From assembly GCF_009914755.1 (NCBI RefSeq), contig NC_060939.1: a DNA stretch of 64,000 nt. One strand, 5' to 3'. The translations under genes were made by a program, and so were the position numbers. Shown in pieces: positions 32,126 to 45,299 of this stretch. Every line of letters begins with the position of its first letter. Positions within the stretch are counted from its first letter, which is position 1. The stretch is from the human T2T-CHM13v2.0 reference genome, Homo sapiens. The notes beneath the pieces were generated by a model. That model worked only from the letters and a program-made list of their open reading frames with translations. It did no database searches and was not told where the DNA came from.

Positions 32126-34335
32126 CATATTAGTCTGTTTTCATGCTGCTGTTAAAGACATACCTGAGACTGGGTAATTTATAAAGAAAAAGAGGTTTAA
32201 TGGACTCACAGTTCCACATGGCTGGGGAGGCTTTACAATCATGGCAAAAGTCTCGTCTTACATGGTGGCAGACAAGAGAAGATGAGAGTCAAGTGAAAGG
32301 GGTTTCTCCTTATAAAACCATTAGATCTCATGAGACTTATTCACTACCATGAGAACAGTATGGGGGAAAATCGTCCCATGATTCAATTATCTCCCACCAA
32401 GTCCCTCCCACAACACATGGGAATTATGGAAGCTAAATTTAAGATAAGATTTGGGTGGGGGCAGAGCCAAACCATTTCATTCCACCCTGCCCCCCTCAAA
32501 TCTCATGTCCTCACATTTCAAAACCAATCATGCCTTCCCAACAGTCCCTCAAAGTCTTAACTCATTTTGGCATTAACTCAAAAGTCCACTGTCCAAAATC
32601 TTACCCAAGACAAGGCAAATCCCTTCCACCTATGAGCCTGTAAAATCAAAAAGCTAGTTACTTCCTAGATACAATGGGGGTACAGGCATTGGATAAATAC
32701 TACCATTCCAAATGGGAGAAATTGTTCAAACGAAGGAGCTAAAGGCCCCATGCAAGTCCCAAATCCAGTGGGGCAGTCAAATTTTAAAGCTCCAAAATGA
32801 TCTCCTTTGACTCCATGTCTCACATCCAGGTCACACTGATTCAAGAGGTGGGTTCCCATGGTCTTGAGCGGCTCCGCCCCTGTGGCTTTGCAGGATACAG
32901 CCTCTCTTGGCGGCTTTTATGGGCTGGTGTTGAGTGTCTGCAGCTTTTCCAGGTGTGCAGGGCAAGCTATCGGTGGATCTACCATTCTGGGGTCTGGAGG
33001 ATGGTGGTCCTTTTCTCACAGCTCTGCTAGGCAGTGCCCCAGTGGGGACTCTGTGTAGGGGCTTCAACCCCACATTTCCATTCCACACTGCCCTAGCAGA
33101 GGTTTCATGAGGGCTCCACCTCTGCAGCAAACTTCTGTCTGGACATCCAGCTGTTTCCATACATCCTCTGAAATCTACGTAAAGATTTCCCCTTTTAGCC
33201 ATGGCTGGAGCTGCTGGGATGCAGAGCACCAAGTCTCTAGGTTGCAAAGAGCAGGGAGGCCCTGGGACTGGCCCATGAAATCATTTTTACCTCCTAGGCC
33301 GCTGGGTCTGTGATGGGAGGGGCTGCTATGAAGACCTCTCACATGCCCTGGAGACATTTTCCCCATTGTCTTGGTGATTAACACTTGTTTCCTCGTTACT
33401 TATGCAAATTTCTGCAGCAGGCTTGAACTTCTCCTCAGAAAAGGGGTTTTTCTTTTCTAATACATCGTCAGGCTGCAAATTTTCTGAACTTTTATGCTCT
33501 GTTTCCTTTTTAAAACTGAATGCTTTTAACAGCACCCAAGTCACCTCTTGAACGCTTTGCTGCATAGAAATTGCTTCTGCCAGATACCCTAAATCATCTC
33601 CCCCAAGTTAAAAGTTCCACAAATCTCTAGGGCAGGGGTAAAATGCTGCCAGTATCTTTGCTAAAGCATAGCAAGAACCCAGTTCCCAACAGGTTAATCT
33701 CCATCAGAGACCACCTGAGCCTGGATTTCACTGTCCATATTATTATCAGCATTTTGGTCAAGGCCATTCAACAAGTCTCTAGGGAGTTCCAAACTTTCTC
33801 ACAAAGTTCCAAACTTTCTCACATTTTCCTATCTTCTTCTGAGCTCTCCAAACGGTTCCAGTCTCTGCCTGTTACCCAGTTCCAAAGTCACTTCCATATT
33901 TTTGGGTTATCTTTACAGCAGTGCCCCACTCTACCAGTACCAATTTACTGTATTAATCTGTTTTCACACCGTTGATAAAGACATACCCGAGACTGGGTAA
34001 TTTATAAGGAAAAAGAGGTTTAATGGACTCACAGTTCCATGTGGATGGGGAGGCCTCATAATCGTGGCAGGGAGGCCGCACAATCATGGTGGCAAGTGAA
34101 AGGCACATCTTACATGGCAGCAGACAAGAGAGAAAGAGAGAGCTAAGTGAAAGAAGTTTCCCTTTATAAAACCATCAGATCTCATTAGATTTATTCACTA
34201 CCATGAGAACAGTATGGGGCAAAACTGCCCCCATGATTCAATTATCTCCCACCAGGTCCCTCTCACAACAGGTGGGAATTATGGGAGCTACAATTCAAGA
34301 TGAGATCTGGGTGGGGACACAGCCAAACCATATCA
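32126..34335 (-). mobile_element. Complete THE1C (ERVL-MaLR): 5' LTR 33949-34335, internal 32480-33948, 3' LTR 32126-32479
   Basis: Two direct LTRs around THE1-int sequence. Perfect 5-bp TSD GCAGT at 32121-32125 and 34336-34340. Confidence 0.93.
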
Positions 34336-36030
34336 GCAGTGGAAATAGGAAGACAAGGAGAAATTTAAGCTACACTGCAAACTGGGAAACTTGTTAAAAT
34401 ACTGGACACGAGGATGAGAGAAAAATAAAAGATGAAACCAATGCTGCCAGACTGATGGAAAGAAGGAAAAGTGATATCTACTATCAAAAGAATTAGAGTA
34501 ACTGAAATGAGTAATGAAATGAAAGTAAATGAAATGAGAGTAAATGAAAGCAATTTGAGGTGGCAAGGTACTAAGGCATAGAAAAATCGTGGTTGTGAAA
34601 GGCCAAGTTTAAGGTGACATTGGTTGTGGCAACCTGTACTCTGGTACTCTGCCCCAGTTCCCACCCAGCTCACATCCTTTTCTTCTCTACTATTACTTTA
34701 TATTCTTTCTTCTACTTGTACATCGAAACTTAACATGAGAGGATTGTGATTAGTTAGTGGAAATCCTATTCCTTAGTCAAGCAAATTTTCTCCCAAGCCA
34801 TTTTCCTCTATTTATTCACATTATTGGCAAAGCTCACTGTCATCATAACTCTGAATCTAATTTCTGCTAGTGAGATTAACAATGACCAAGTAAGTATACT
34901 GTTAAGTGTGTTTGGATTTATAGCCCATCCCTTGATTTTTCATTAAGGCCACTATCCTGAATTTTGTCAGTAAAAATATTATGTCCTCACTGAATCTCTC
35001 CCTCACCTAATTCTGTATTTGTTTATACCACTGCTTATACGCCATTATTGCATTTAACAAAACTTACTTTTGATAAACTCAATTGATGAGTCTCCCACAA
35101 AAGAGGGTGAATGTTTTAAAGTGGTAAGAATGTCTTATACTTTTTTAACCTTTTTATGCCTTGTATGTGGCAGTCATTAAAACAAATGTGTACTGAATTC
35201 AGTTTTCCCTGACTACATGATTCTATAAATTCAGAATTTATCGTTGACCTTCTGACTTCTTAAAAACCTGTACATGTAGAATCTGCCTAAAATGCTGCTT
35301 GCTAGTGGCTCCTGCTTCAGAAAAAAGGACATGCATTTAATAATATGACAGTTAAATTTTGATCATAGATTGCTTTGATATATCTTATTAATAGATGTAA
35401 TGACTGCAATCAAATTACGGAAGTGATTCACTTACATTAACTAAAGCATCTTGTTGGAATACGTTTCTCAGGTTCCCAGAAGCACCAACTTTACTCTAAG
35501 CAAGATGTCACTGAAGTGACACTCATCCAATTAAATTTTTAAATTTCATGCTTACTGCAAAAACAATGGTAAGTTCTTGGTGTTGCCATATAGAAATAAC
35601 ATATTTTACTGTCATATTGTAGACTACTGATTCTGCAAGTGATTACTTTGTTTCAGATATATTCAATCTCCAAATTCCTATCAACTTTACATATTAGAAA
35701 ATGAGAGTGTTTCATTTAAATTCAGTAAAAACTCACTAAAATGGACTTACCTTAGGAAAGGCCAGTCTAAACTACTGAAAAAAATTAAATTACACAACTC
35801 AGATCATTGTTCCCCTGGGAGTTGACGAAAGGTTCGTGAGACATGTTTCACAAGCTGGATCTTAAAGTTAGACACTTATATCAGCAGAAACAACATTCTT
35901 AAGGTAGCAGGTAATGGGACCAGACCAGCACATACGTAAGTAGAGAAATAAGATAATGGAAGCAAAGAAAAAGGGTTATGGATAGTGCAAATTGAAGCAG
36001 CCAGTTCATACAGTAATCCCCTGTTCTCGT

Positions 36031-36296
36031 TTGTTGTTTTTTTTTTTTGAGATGGAGTCTCACTCTGTCGCCCAGGCCGGAGTGCAGTGGCGTGATCTTG
36101 GCTCACTGCAGCCCCTGCTTTTCCCAGGTTCAAGCGATTCTCCTGCCTCAGCCTCCTGAGTAGCTGGGGCTACAGGCCCCGCCACTGTGACTGGCTAATT
36201 TTTTATATTTTTAGTAGAGACGGGGTTTCACCATGTTAGCCAGGATAGTCTTGATCTCCTGACCTCATGATCCGCCCACCTCGGCCTCCCAAAGTG
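36031..36296 (-). mobile_element. AluSc/Y-like, 5'-truncated
   Basis: TSD CCCTGTTCTC(G/A)T at 36019-36030 and 36297-36308. Confidence 0.92.
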
Positions 36297-39200
36297 CCCT
36301 GTTCTCATCTTGTAGCTACTTGACAATACAGGTGCTCAAAACAGAAAAGCCACAGAAAAACAGAAAAACACACAAACCAAGTGCTCTCCATGCTTGGTTT
36401 ATACCTTAAAACTAGGCATCATAAATGGCAAGACAATAGCCCTAGTGACTCTCCCTCCCCAAGATAGCCATTGCTGTAATGCTTCATCTATAAGAGAGCT
36501 CAAATTAAAAATTACTGATTTTGGAAAGAAAAAGGGTGGCAATTATAGGGCATGTGTATCATTACTTCTTATTCCCATGCCCTTGCTAGAAATATCACTA
36601 ATCAATCAGACTTAGCATGCAAGTTCCAATCAATTTGCTAATCCCGTGTTGGAATGGGTGTAAAGGTATCCTTTGCTATCTAAACCTTTGCTATTCAAAT
36701 TTAGACAACAAATGGGTTCAGATAATTTATTTTTTTTATTTCAGATAAGGCTATTTGGAAGACATGGTAGTGTGTACCATATGGACTCATGCCTCCCAAA
36801 AATCCAAGACATAACAGATTGGAATCTGTCACTTTCTGATCTTTCACTTTCTGCACTCAGGAAAAAAGCAAGACTCAAATAGTAAGGAATATCAGAATTT
36901 TTCAGTTTGTGCTCAGTTACGAGGAAATAGAAAATTTCACCTCCCACACAACTTTTTGTTATATATATATGAGCTACGGTAATAGATGCCTGATAGAGAG
37001 GTTGTACATAATTAACCAAACCTCATGTTTCTATTTTGTCTTATAAATAGGAGGCATACAGTTAGTGAAATAGAAAAAGTAAATGCCTATTTACAGTCGC
37101 AAAAAAAGAAAAATCATGTTTTAAGGTATTTATTTATGTGGGTTGAGTGCCAAATATCTTAATCTCATAGTCAGCAAGTAAGTGCATTAAGGCCTTAGTG
37201 TTTATTGTTCCTTATTTTATTATCCTACCCAAGGCAGGAAGATTCTTCCTCCTATTGGCCCATGCTTCTCATCTTTAACTCGAACTTAGAACCCTCCAAA
37301 AAGCAGAAGAGAAAGCAACTAAAAGACTAAACAGAAAGAGAATGGTAGAATAGGAGGCACTGGACAAGAGTGGTCTACTTTGCTCAGAGATGTAGAATAA
37401 CCATCTTACTATCATGTTCCTTATAATTTACAAAGAACATTCTGTCACGATTACTTATTAAAATATCTATCCTAGATGAAGAGGAATAGCTGTGAAGCTC
37501 AACTCTGCACTAAATTATTCTGAAAGAGTACATACTTTTCTTATTTATATAATTGAATCTACAATATGACATTCACTGCCTTAAAATATTACATTACTAT
37601 TATGGGATAAGGTTAAACATCTCTTTATAAAGAAGACAAAACAAAAGCAGCACACAAACAGCCTCCCTACTACAATCTCTCAACCAGCAGTTAGTAAACT
37701 CCCCAACAACCAGGATTACTGCATAGCCTTACTTTTGCACAATAAACAGCTCTTAACTACTTTAAATGTAATATATGCTCAATAAAGATTTGCACAGTTA
37801 ATCTCACATAACAGAACCCTTGCACAAGGTAGCAATAAGCAAGTCCTCCTCAGCTAACACCCAAGGAAACACTGACAAATCCTAATAATTCATCCAATGA
37901 AAATGTTCTGTTGATTGCCTATGATAAATTAATTATATTAGTCTTTCATTGTGCTTTTGGTTTTATTATTGTTGTCAATATTGATTTAGTAACAGTGTTA
38001 GAATCTCAGGAACCTTCACGGTCACTTAGTAAAAATCTCTCATTTTGTAAATGAGGAAACTAAGGTCTACTTTTTCCACAGTGCATTACCTTGACACTTG
38101 TCACTTCTTTTCCTGGTCCCCTAACTGAATAAAAGAGAAGTTTTATTGCATATTTTTGCTTAGGTCAATTTTACAAGGTTAATATTACAAGTGAATGGGC
38201 ATTCCTCAAATGCCAGTCTCTGGCATACTTTGTATATAGCAGATACTCATTTAAGTACTTACAAACTCTTCTTGCTTAAAGTCCTCAAATATAAGTAAAT
38301 GATAAGGCTTATTTTAATTTTCATTTGCACAATTTTAGCATGCAATATTATTTTCTAATGGAAAAAGTAATGCAACATAATTCTTAATCCAATGCATCTT
38401 TCATAACAAGACACTTCTCTCTTTTCTACCACTATGAAGCTCATTTTCCCCAATTAATACCAAAAATTTACAGTTAGACATAAACCAAATCAGTCCTGCA
38501 CATACCATCATTCAAGACACCTTTCAATGGAGAGAGCAAATTGGTCAATCATTTAAATATGTACATATCCACTACCCAACCTAAACAAGACAAGAAAATC
38601 AACAGGCTTGGAATTGCTTAACTTGCAATTAACTTTTGTCAATAGGGAAGACAATTTTATCAGTTTAAAATCATAGGAGAGCAAGGAACTGCCTTCCTTC
38701 TGGAACCAGAAACCATGTTGGGACACAGCTAGCCTCAATACGGATATGCAAAATGCATCTTAAGTCTTTTGTGTGCTTGGTATTGAAGACAGGCTAAACT
38801 CAGGGTAGGTAGGAGGTCAACCTACTAATCAAAAATACATGGAAGCCAGCTGATGTGCTAGTCGGTCTGTATTTTTAAAGCAAAATGAAAATCATAGACT
38901 TTCAGTTAAAGTAAACTCTAAAGTTATGAATTTATAGTACATGTTTTCCACTGTAGCTGAAGGAACAATATTTCTCAACAGAGTTAATAAACTACCTGAT
39001 TCAAAAACCAAGAATAAAACTGAACCACTGCATTCTAGGATGGCGGACTGTAATCAGAACTAATATGGCATCACTATGTAAACCTTCTGGATCACCAAAC
39101 ACAGCTCCCTGTAACTAAGATGGAAACAAGAGATTAATCACTTAATATCTAGATGTTGATTGTCATCATCATAAGAAAGTAAAACAAAATTGTTCAATTT

Positions 39201-39580
39201 GGGTTTTAACTAGAATTCAGAAAACATCCAAAATAGATCATATATATAATTCTACTTTTATTATAATCTTCAGCCTAAAATATAGCAGATACAGAAGTAT
39301 GTATGCCTTACAGGATTGAATAAAGATAAGGAACTCTGACCCCAGCATTTTTTCCAGGGTCTAATAAGGAATCAGTAGAATCTTATAGGTCTTCTGTCAT
39401 TGTTTATCTCTTTCCATAAAGTGGGCAAAACGATAGATCTTATATGACCGTTTTAAGAAGAGGCTTATGAGGTCTTGCCTGCAAATAAAGTTACAGAAAT
39501 AAAAACAGTAATTGATAACAAATTCTTTTAAGAATCCCTAAATTTGAGTAAATGCAGTATTGGAATATTTTCTAAAATAA

Positions 39581-39986
<406 letters not shown>

Positions 39987-40123
39987 AGTGTGTCTCCAAT
40001 TTATTATTTTGGATTTTGGAATACTTGCATATGTGTAATGAGCATCTTAGGGATGTAACCCAAGTCTAAACAAGAAATTCATTTATGTTTCATATACACC
40101 TTATACACATAACCTGAAGGTAA

Positions 40124-40423
<300 letters not shown>

Positions 40424-41440
40424 TATACAATATTTTAAATAATTTTGTGTGTGATACAATGAAGTCAGGTGTGGAATTTTTCACTTGTGGCACTAAAAAC
40501 GTTTGGGATTTTGGAGTGTTTCAGATTCTGGAGCATCTTGAATTCTGGGGGATTTTGGATTAGGGATGATCAACCTGTATCTATGTTACAGCCTCACTGC
40601 AAATATGTTATTCACTCCCACTCATGTAGGTATGATCTCAATTCACAAACAGGCAGAAACCATCTCAATCCTATTTTTTCCACAGCAATTTTATTCTATC
40701 AGGGTTTCAAGTAAAACTGCCTTAAAAAGGTAAATAAAAGGACTTAGTAAATGTGTTTACTGTTGCTTACACTAAAAAATTTTCACTAAACTACGAAGAC
40801 ACTGAGAGATAAGAGGAAGGGAAAACTTGCTTTGGTATTTCTTTTTTTTTTTTTTTTTTTTTGAAGTAACCAAAGAGGGGTACAATTTAAGCTAAAAGAA
40901 GTTTGCAGTTAGGTTGGGTTGTGGCCTTGTTTTAGGTAAAAATACATGGGTTACTAGTTTTCTTTTTTTTTTTTAACAACAAAAAGCTAATTTTGGAATT
41001 CTACTTTTTAGAAAATACAAATAACCTTACAGCATATTCAATACTAAAGCACATGCCTACTAAGAAATCTCCTTTCTAGTGAATAGTGTCAGTGATTTGG
41101 ACCTTTTGTCTATGGAGTAAGAATGAGTAAGGGTAAGAAACATGCAAGCTTGTTAACCTAGAGTTAACTTGAAGGTATTCATAACCATATTATAGAAACA
41201 TAACAACATTGTCAATTTTGTACTAACCTTATTTTCTATAATTACCTTTAAAATATATTTCCAACTCTTTTCCACTCAACTTTGAATGCTTTTTTTCCAG
41301 ACTCATTTAATGCCTGATATTTCAATGCACATACTTTTATCAAACCGTATTTCAGTTTAATAAACAGAATAAATTATGAACTGATAACTTATTGTCCAAA
41401 GGCCTACATCACATACTATATTTATATTTGTAGAGTAGGA

Positions 41441-41475
41441 GGACAAGTACAGACTTGTTTGTGATATGCAAGCCC
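41441..41475. promoter_or_regulatory. p53 response element candidate with extra half-site
   Basis: GGACAAGTAC AGACTTGTTT (19/20, no spacer) plus ATGCAAGCCC at 41466-41475. Confidence 0.6.
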
Positions 41476-43976
41476 AGTAATTTAGAAACTATGATAAACC
41501 AAATGCAAAACCCATTTGATAATTTTTAAATGTCACATTTCTTTTGAGTGTAATTTTAAACTCTCATTAATAATGGCACCAAAGGATGATTCAGGAAGTA
41601 GTACAAAACTGATAGTCTCTCAGAATATTATCAGGTGATAAAATAATTTGTAAAATAATATTATTGCCTCAAAAATGTGAAATATCTAACTGCAATCATC
41701 TATTAAAAATGATTTAATACATATATACTATTTCTTAGGAATATATGGTAGTAAGGGAGTTTTCACTTTTGATATCTTTATTTTACATAGTCACTTGATG
41801 AATAATATAAATCCATTCTTGTGGAGCAGGAGGTATGACACTATTAAGTATATTTACTAATTTTGTTTATTATCTACAAATGTTGTTTATTCCGAAATTT
41901 TAAGTATATAAAAATCATTTTTGCAAATAGGATTTCTAAAGTTGATCATTAGATGCCAATAAGTGTATCATTACAATTTTAAAACAAAAATATAAATTTT
42001 CATATTTTGGGATTCACGTGTTTGCTGCCCATTATTTTTTCAGAGCAAGTACCAAAAACTGGAGTGCACTCTACTTCAGAAGTTTTTCTCATGTTAAAGT
42101 CAGAGCAGTTAGGCTGTAATGGATGTGCCAATATAAAAAAAAATTAAATTTACACATTATTTGCCAAAAAGTGCACTCGACTATCATCATTATTCAAACA
42201 TTTCAGTCAGTTGCCTCCACAACTCACTTATTTTAAAACTATAAAGTGAAGATTCCTTTCCCCTCTTGTTCTCATAATCAATTAAAATATACATTACTAA
42301 TTCAACTTTTAAAATTTGTCTCTCTTAAAAGATTTTAGTCCATTAACTTGGATTTCCCACATCTGAATGTAAAACCAAGGTGCTTAATTCAATTTAATGA
42401 TGATTTCAGAAACACAAAGTTACGTCACGTTACTAGAGGTTAAAAACACACACACATACACACTGGTTTTGTGAAAACCTTGATGGCAAGCAAGATATTC
42501 ACCATCTCTTCTTTTAAATTATAGCTTTAAAAAGGGGGTGAGGGTATCCATTGAAGAATAAAGCCTGCTTTCTGTCACACACACACACACACCCCAATCA
42601 TATCTATCAGACCTATTCAAGTTGCCACAACATGACTATTGTCAAAGCCAAAAAAATTCTCCTTTAAAATATTTAAACTTCATTTTAAAATTAAAACTGA
42701 AAGCAAGATACTCAACTGCCAACTACTGTTGATGAAACTATTAAAGCCTGCACTGACCTACTTCATATCAGCATCATGACGGCATGGATGCATGCCAAGA
42801 AAATAATGAAAATTACTATATAACTAACCTAAATCTTGTATTTAAAAATTGTCACTTTAAAAATGTGCAAATACTGTTCATGCAACGCCAGTTGCTTTAC
42901 GATATGTTTTCAAAATGAGAAAATGAGTTTTGATATTTTAGTACTCATATTCAATGATGGCCCTGCAAAGATTTCATTTCCATTTTCAAAATCAAGGCTT
43001 TTTAAAATACCATATAAAATTCTTTTTAAACTTCTATTAAAAGCAATCTTAGACCAAATTCCAAATATTACTTTCCATTTAAAAAATATTGCTACACTTA
43101 AAAAAGGCAGTTAATGAAGCATCCTACAAAACAATGCAAGTTCATGTTCAAAGAATATTGCAATGGCTCTAACAGTGGATGGACTTAGTGTATTTAATTA
43201 TTAAAAGATTCCCACTAGACTTTAGGAGTTTAATGCTGAAATATTGGAAATTTTCATACAAGAAAGTAAAATAGCGAAAGATATTCCATCAATGGTTTCT
43301 TTTAAAAAGACATACAAATGGCAAGACATTTGATTCCCTATATTTTAATTTAAAAAAAAACCACTTTGTTGTAAACTACCATCTTAAAATATTTTATACT
43401 AAAAAAGCACTTTCTTCACAATCAATGCAAAGAATAAACTCCCTGAAAAAGAAATTTAATATTAGGATAAGGGAGGCAAAAACATTCAGAAATAGCAGCT
43501 AACCCAACTGAAAGGAAGAGACACATTAGGTTTTGTGCTGCATATTAATATTCTTACGCACAGTATCTGTTTGGTGAAAATTCACAATACACTTCTTCCT
43601 CCTTCTATGGCTGCAAAAAGGAGTAAACACATTTCACATTCTCCAGTTCCAAATTCATGCCACCATCATGCAATATGACTTAATTTCGACCCATATTTCT
43701 GTTACAATGAGTGAAAAAATAAAACCAAAAAACTTGTTTATCTGCACTCACAATTGAGGAAGGGGTAAAAGCATTTTTTAGCTAAGAAGACAGGGGCTGA
43801 TTGATGCAAAGTCCGCACACCTCCAGAGGTCCTACAAATGTGCACCCGACTGGGGAAAGCCACATTCAATGAATGCATCAGCCTCCTCCTCCGCTCCCCC
43901 CGCCCGCCGCCCCCCACCCACTTTGCAGCAGAAATGTGCCTGGGCTTTTTCACGCGAGCGATGGAGGATCCTCTTA

Positions 43977-44285
<309 letters not shown>

Positions 44286-44368
44286 CTAGGCCTTTACCCC
44301 AGGGCTCGAGTGAGTCGCTTTCGCCTGCCGCCTGGGGAACATCACCGGGGAGACCAGCGGCTCCTCAC

Positions 44369-44940
44369 GGCCGGGGCGCTTCACCGCGGGAGAGGCATGG
44401 CGGCGCCCCTCAGCCCCCCGCTGGCGCCGCCGCCTCCTCCCGTCAGCGGCCGGGGCTGTGGGGGGGTGAGATGGGGGCGTTTGAAGACGAAGTGGGGGGG
44501 GCAGGCTCCCCCCAAAATCCAAGAAGAACGGTTGCTCAGGGATTTGGCGGCCAAGCCTTCCTTCCTTGTCCCCGGGGCTTTCTACTGCCGGGTCCCCGTG
44601 CTGCTGCAGCCCCAGGCACCGCTCCACGCCACTCCCCACGCCGCCGCCGCCGCCGCCGCTCGCTCCCGGCCCCGCCGCCGCCGCGGCCGCCGCTGCCCTG
44701 CCAGCCCCGGAGGCAGCCCAGTGCGCGCAGCCGCACTGCGGCCCGGCGCAGACCGCACAACACCTACCGCTCCGCCGGGGGGCGTGGACCAGGGTGTGCG
44801 GGCCGCGGGCGCGACGGGCCGGGATGGGGGCGCACGGCGCGGAGGGCGGCGCGGGCCAGCGGGCCAGGGAAGCGCGCCGCTGGGGGCCGGGAGGAGTCCG
44901 GCCCGGCTGGTGGAGAGCAGGAAAACGTGGGGGAGGTGCT
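44369..44940 (-). other. RFX7: Probable non-coding first exon(s) of RFX7 (boundaries uncertain)
   Basis: The acceptor 2 nt before the ATG implies an upstream exon. Candidate donors: GCG|GTAGGT (44768), GCG|GTGAAG (44385), GCC|GTGAGG (44369). The TSS cannot be determined from sequence. Confidence 0.55.
44640..44692. repeat. (CCG)6 and (CCG)4 trinucleotide tracts
   Basis: Read directly at 44641-44658 and 44672-44683. Confidence 0.92.
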
Positions 44941-45131
44941 GGCGAGAGAAAGAGAACTTGCGTGAGGAGGAGGAGGAGAAACCAAATTTAATAATATTTG
45001 GCGTGGAAATGGGATTTGGGCGGGGGAGGCATCTTCAAAGCAAGTAAAGAGAAATCAACATTATCCCCCTTCCCCTGCACATGCATGTGAGGATTACTTC
45101 CTCCCTGAGTAAATGAAGAGAACTGAAGCAG
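44860..45131 (+). other. TEX9: Probable non-coding first exon of a divergent transcript (likely a TEX9 long isoform); start approximate
   Basis: Near-consensus donor CAG|GTAAGA at 45131/45132 at the island edge. TEX9 is recalled as the head-to-head neighbour of RFX7. No TEX9 coding exon is seen in the window. Confidence 0.55.
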
Positions 45132-45299
45132 GTAAGACGATAAACTGACTTTTCAGAAGCCCCCAAAGAAGAACACCCGTTGGAATTAACCACCCTTTAG
45201 GTAATTCGGTCTTGAACGGAAATCGCGAGTCAGGAGCTGGGTTGAGTGCTCCTCGGTCGGGCATTCAAAGCCCTCCAAATCTGGCCCCACTTTAACTAT

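Noticed and set aside
32330-34397. Cluster of ORFs in THE1C
   Set aside because: Short broken frames of a non-autonomous MaLR internal region and LTRs.
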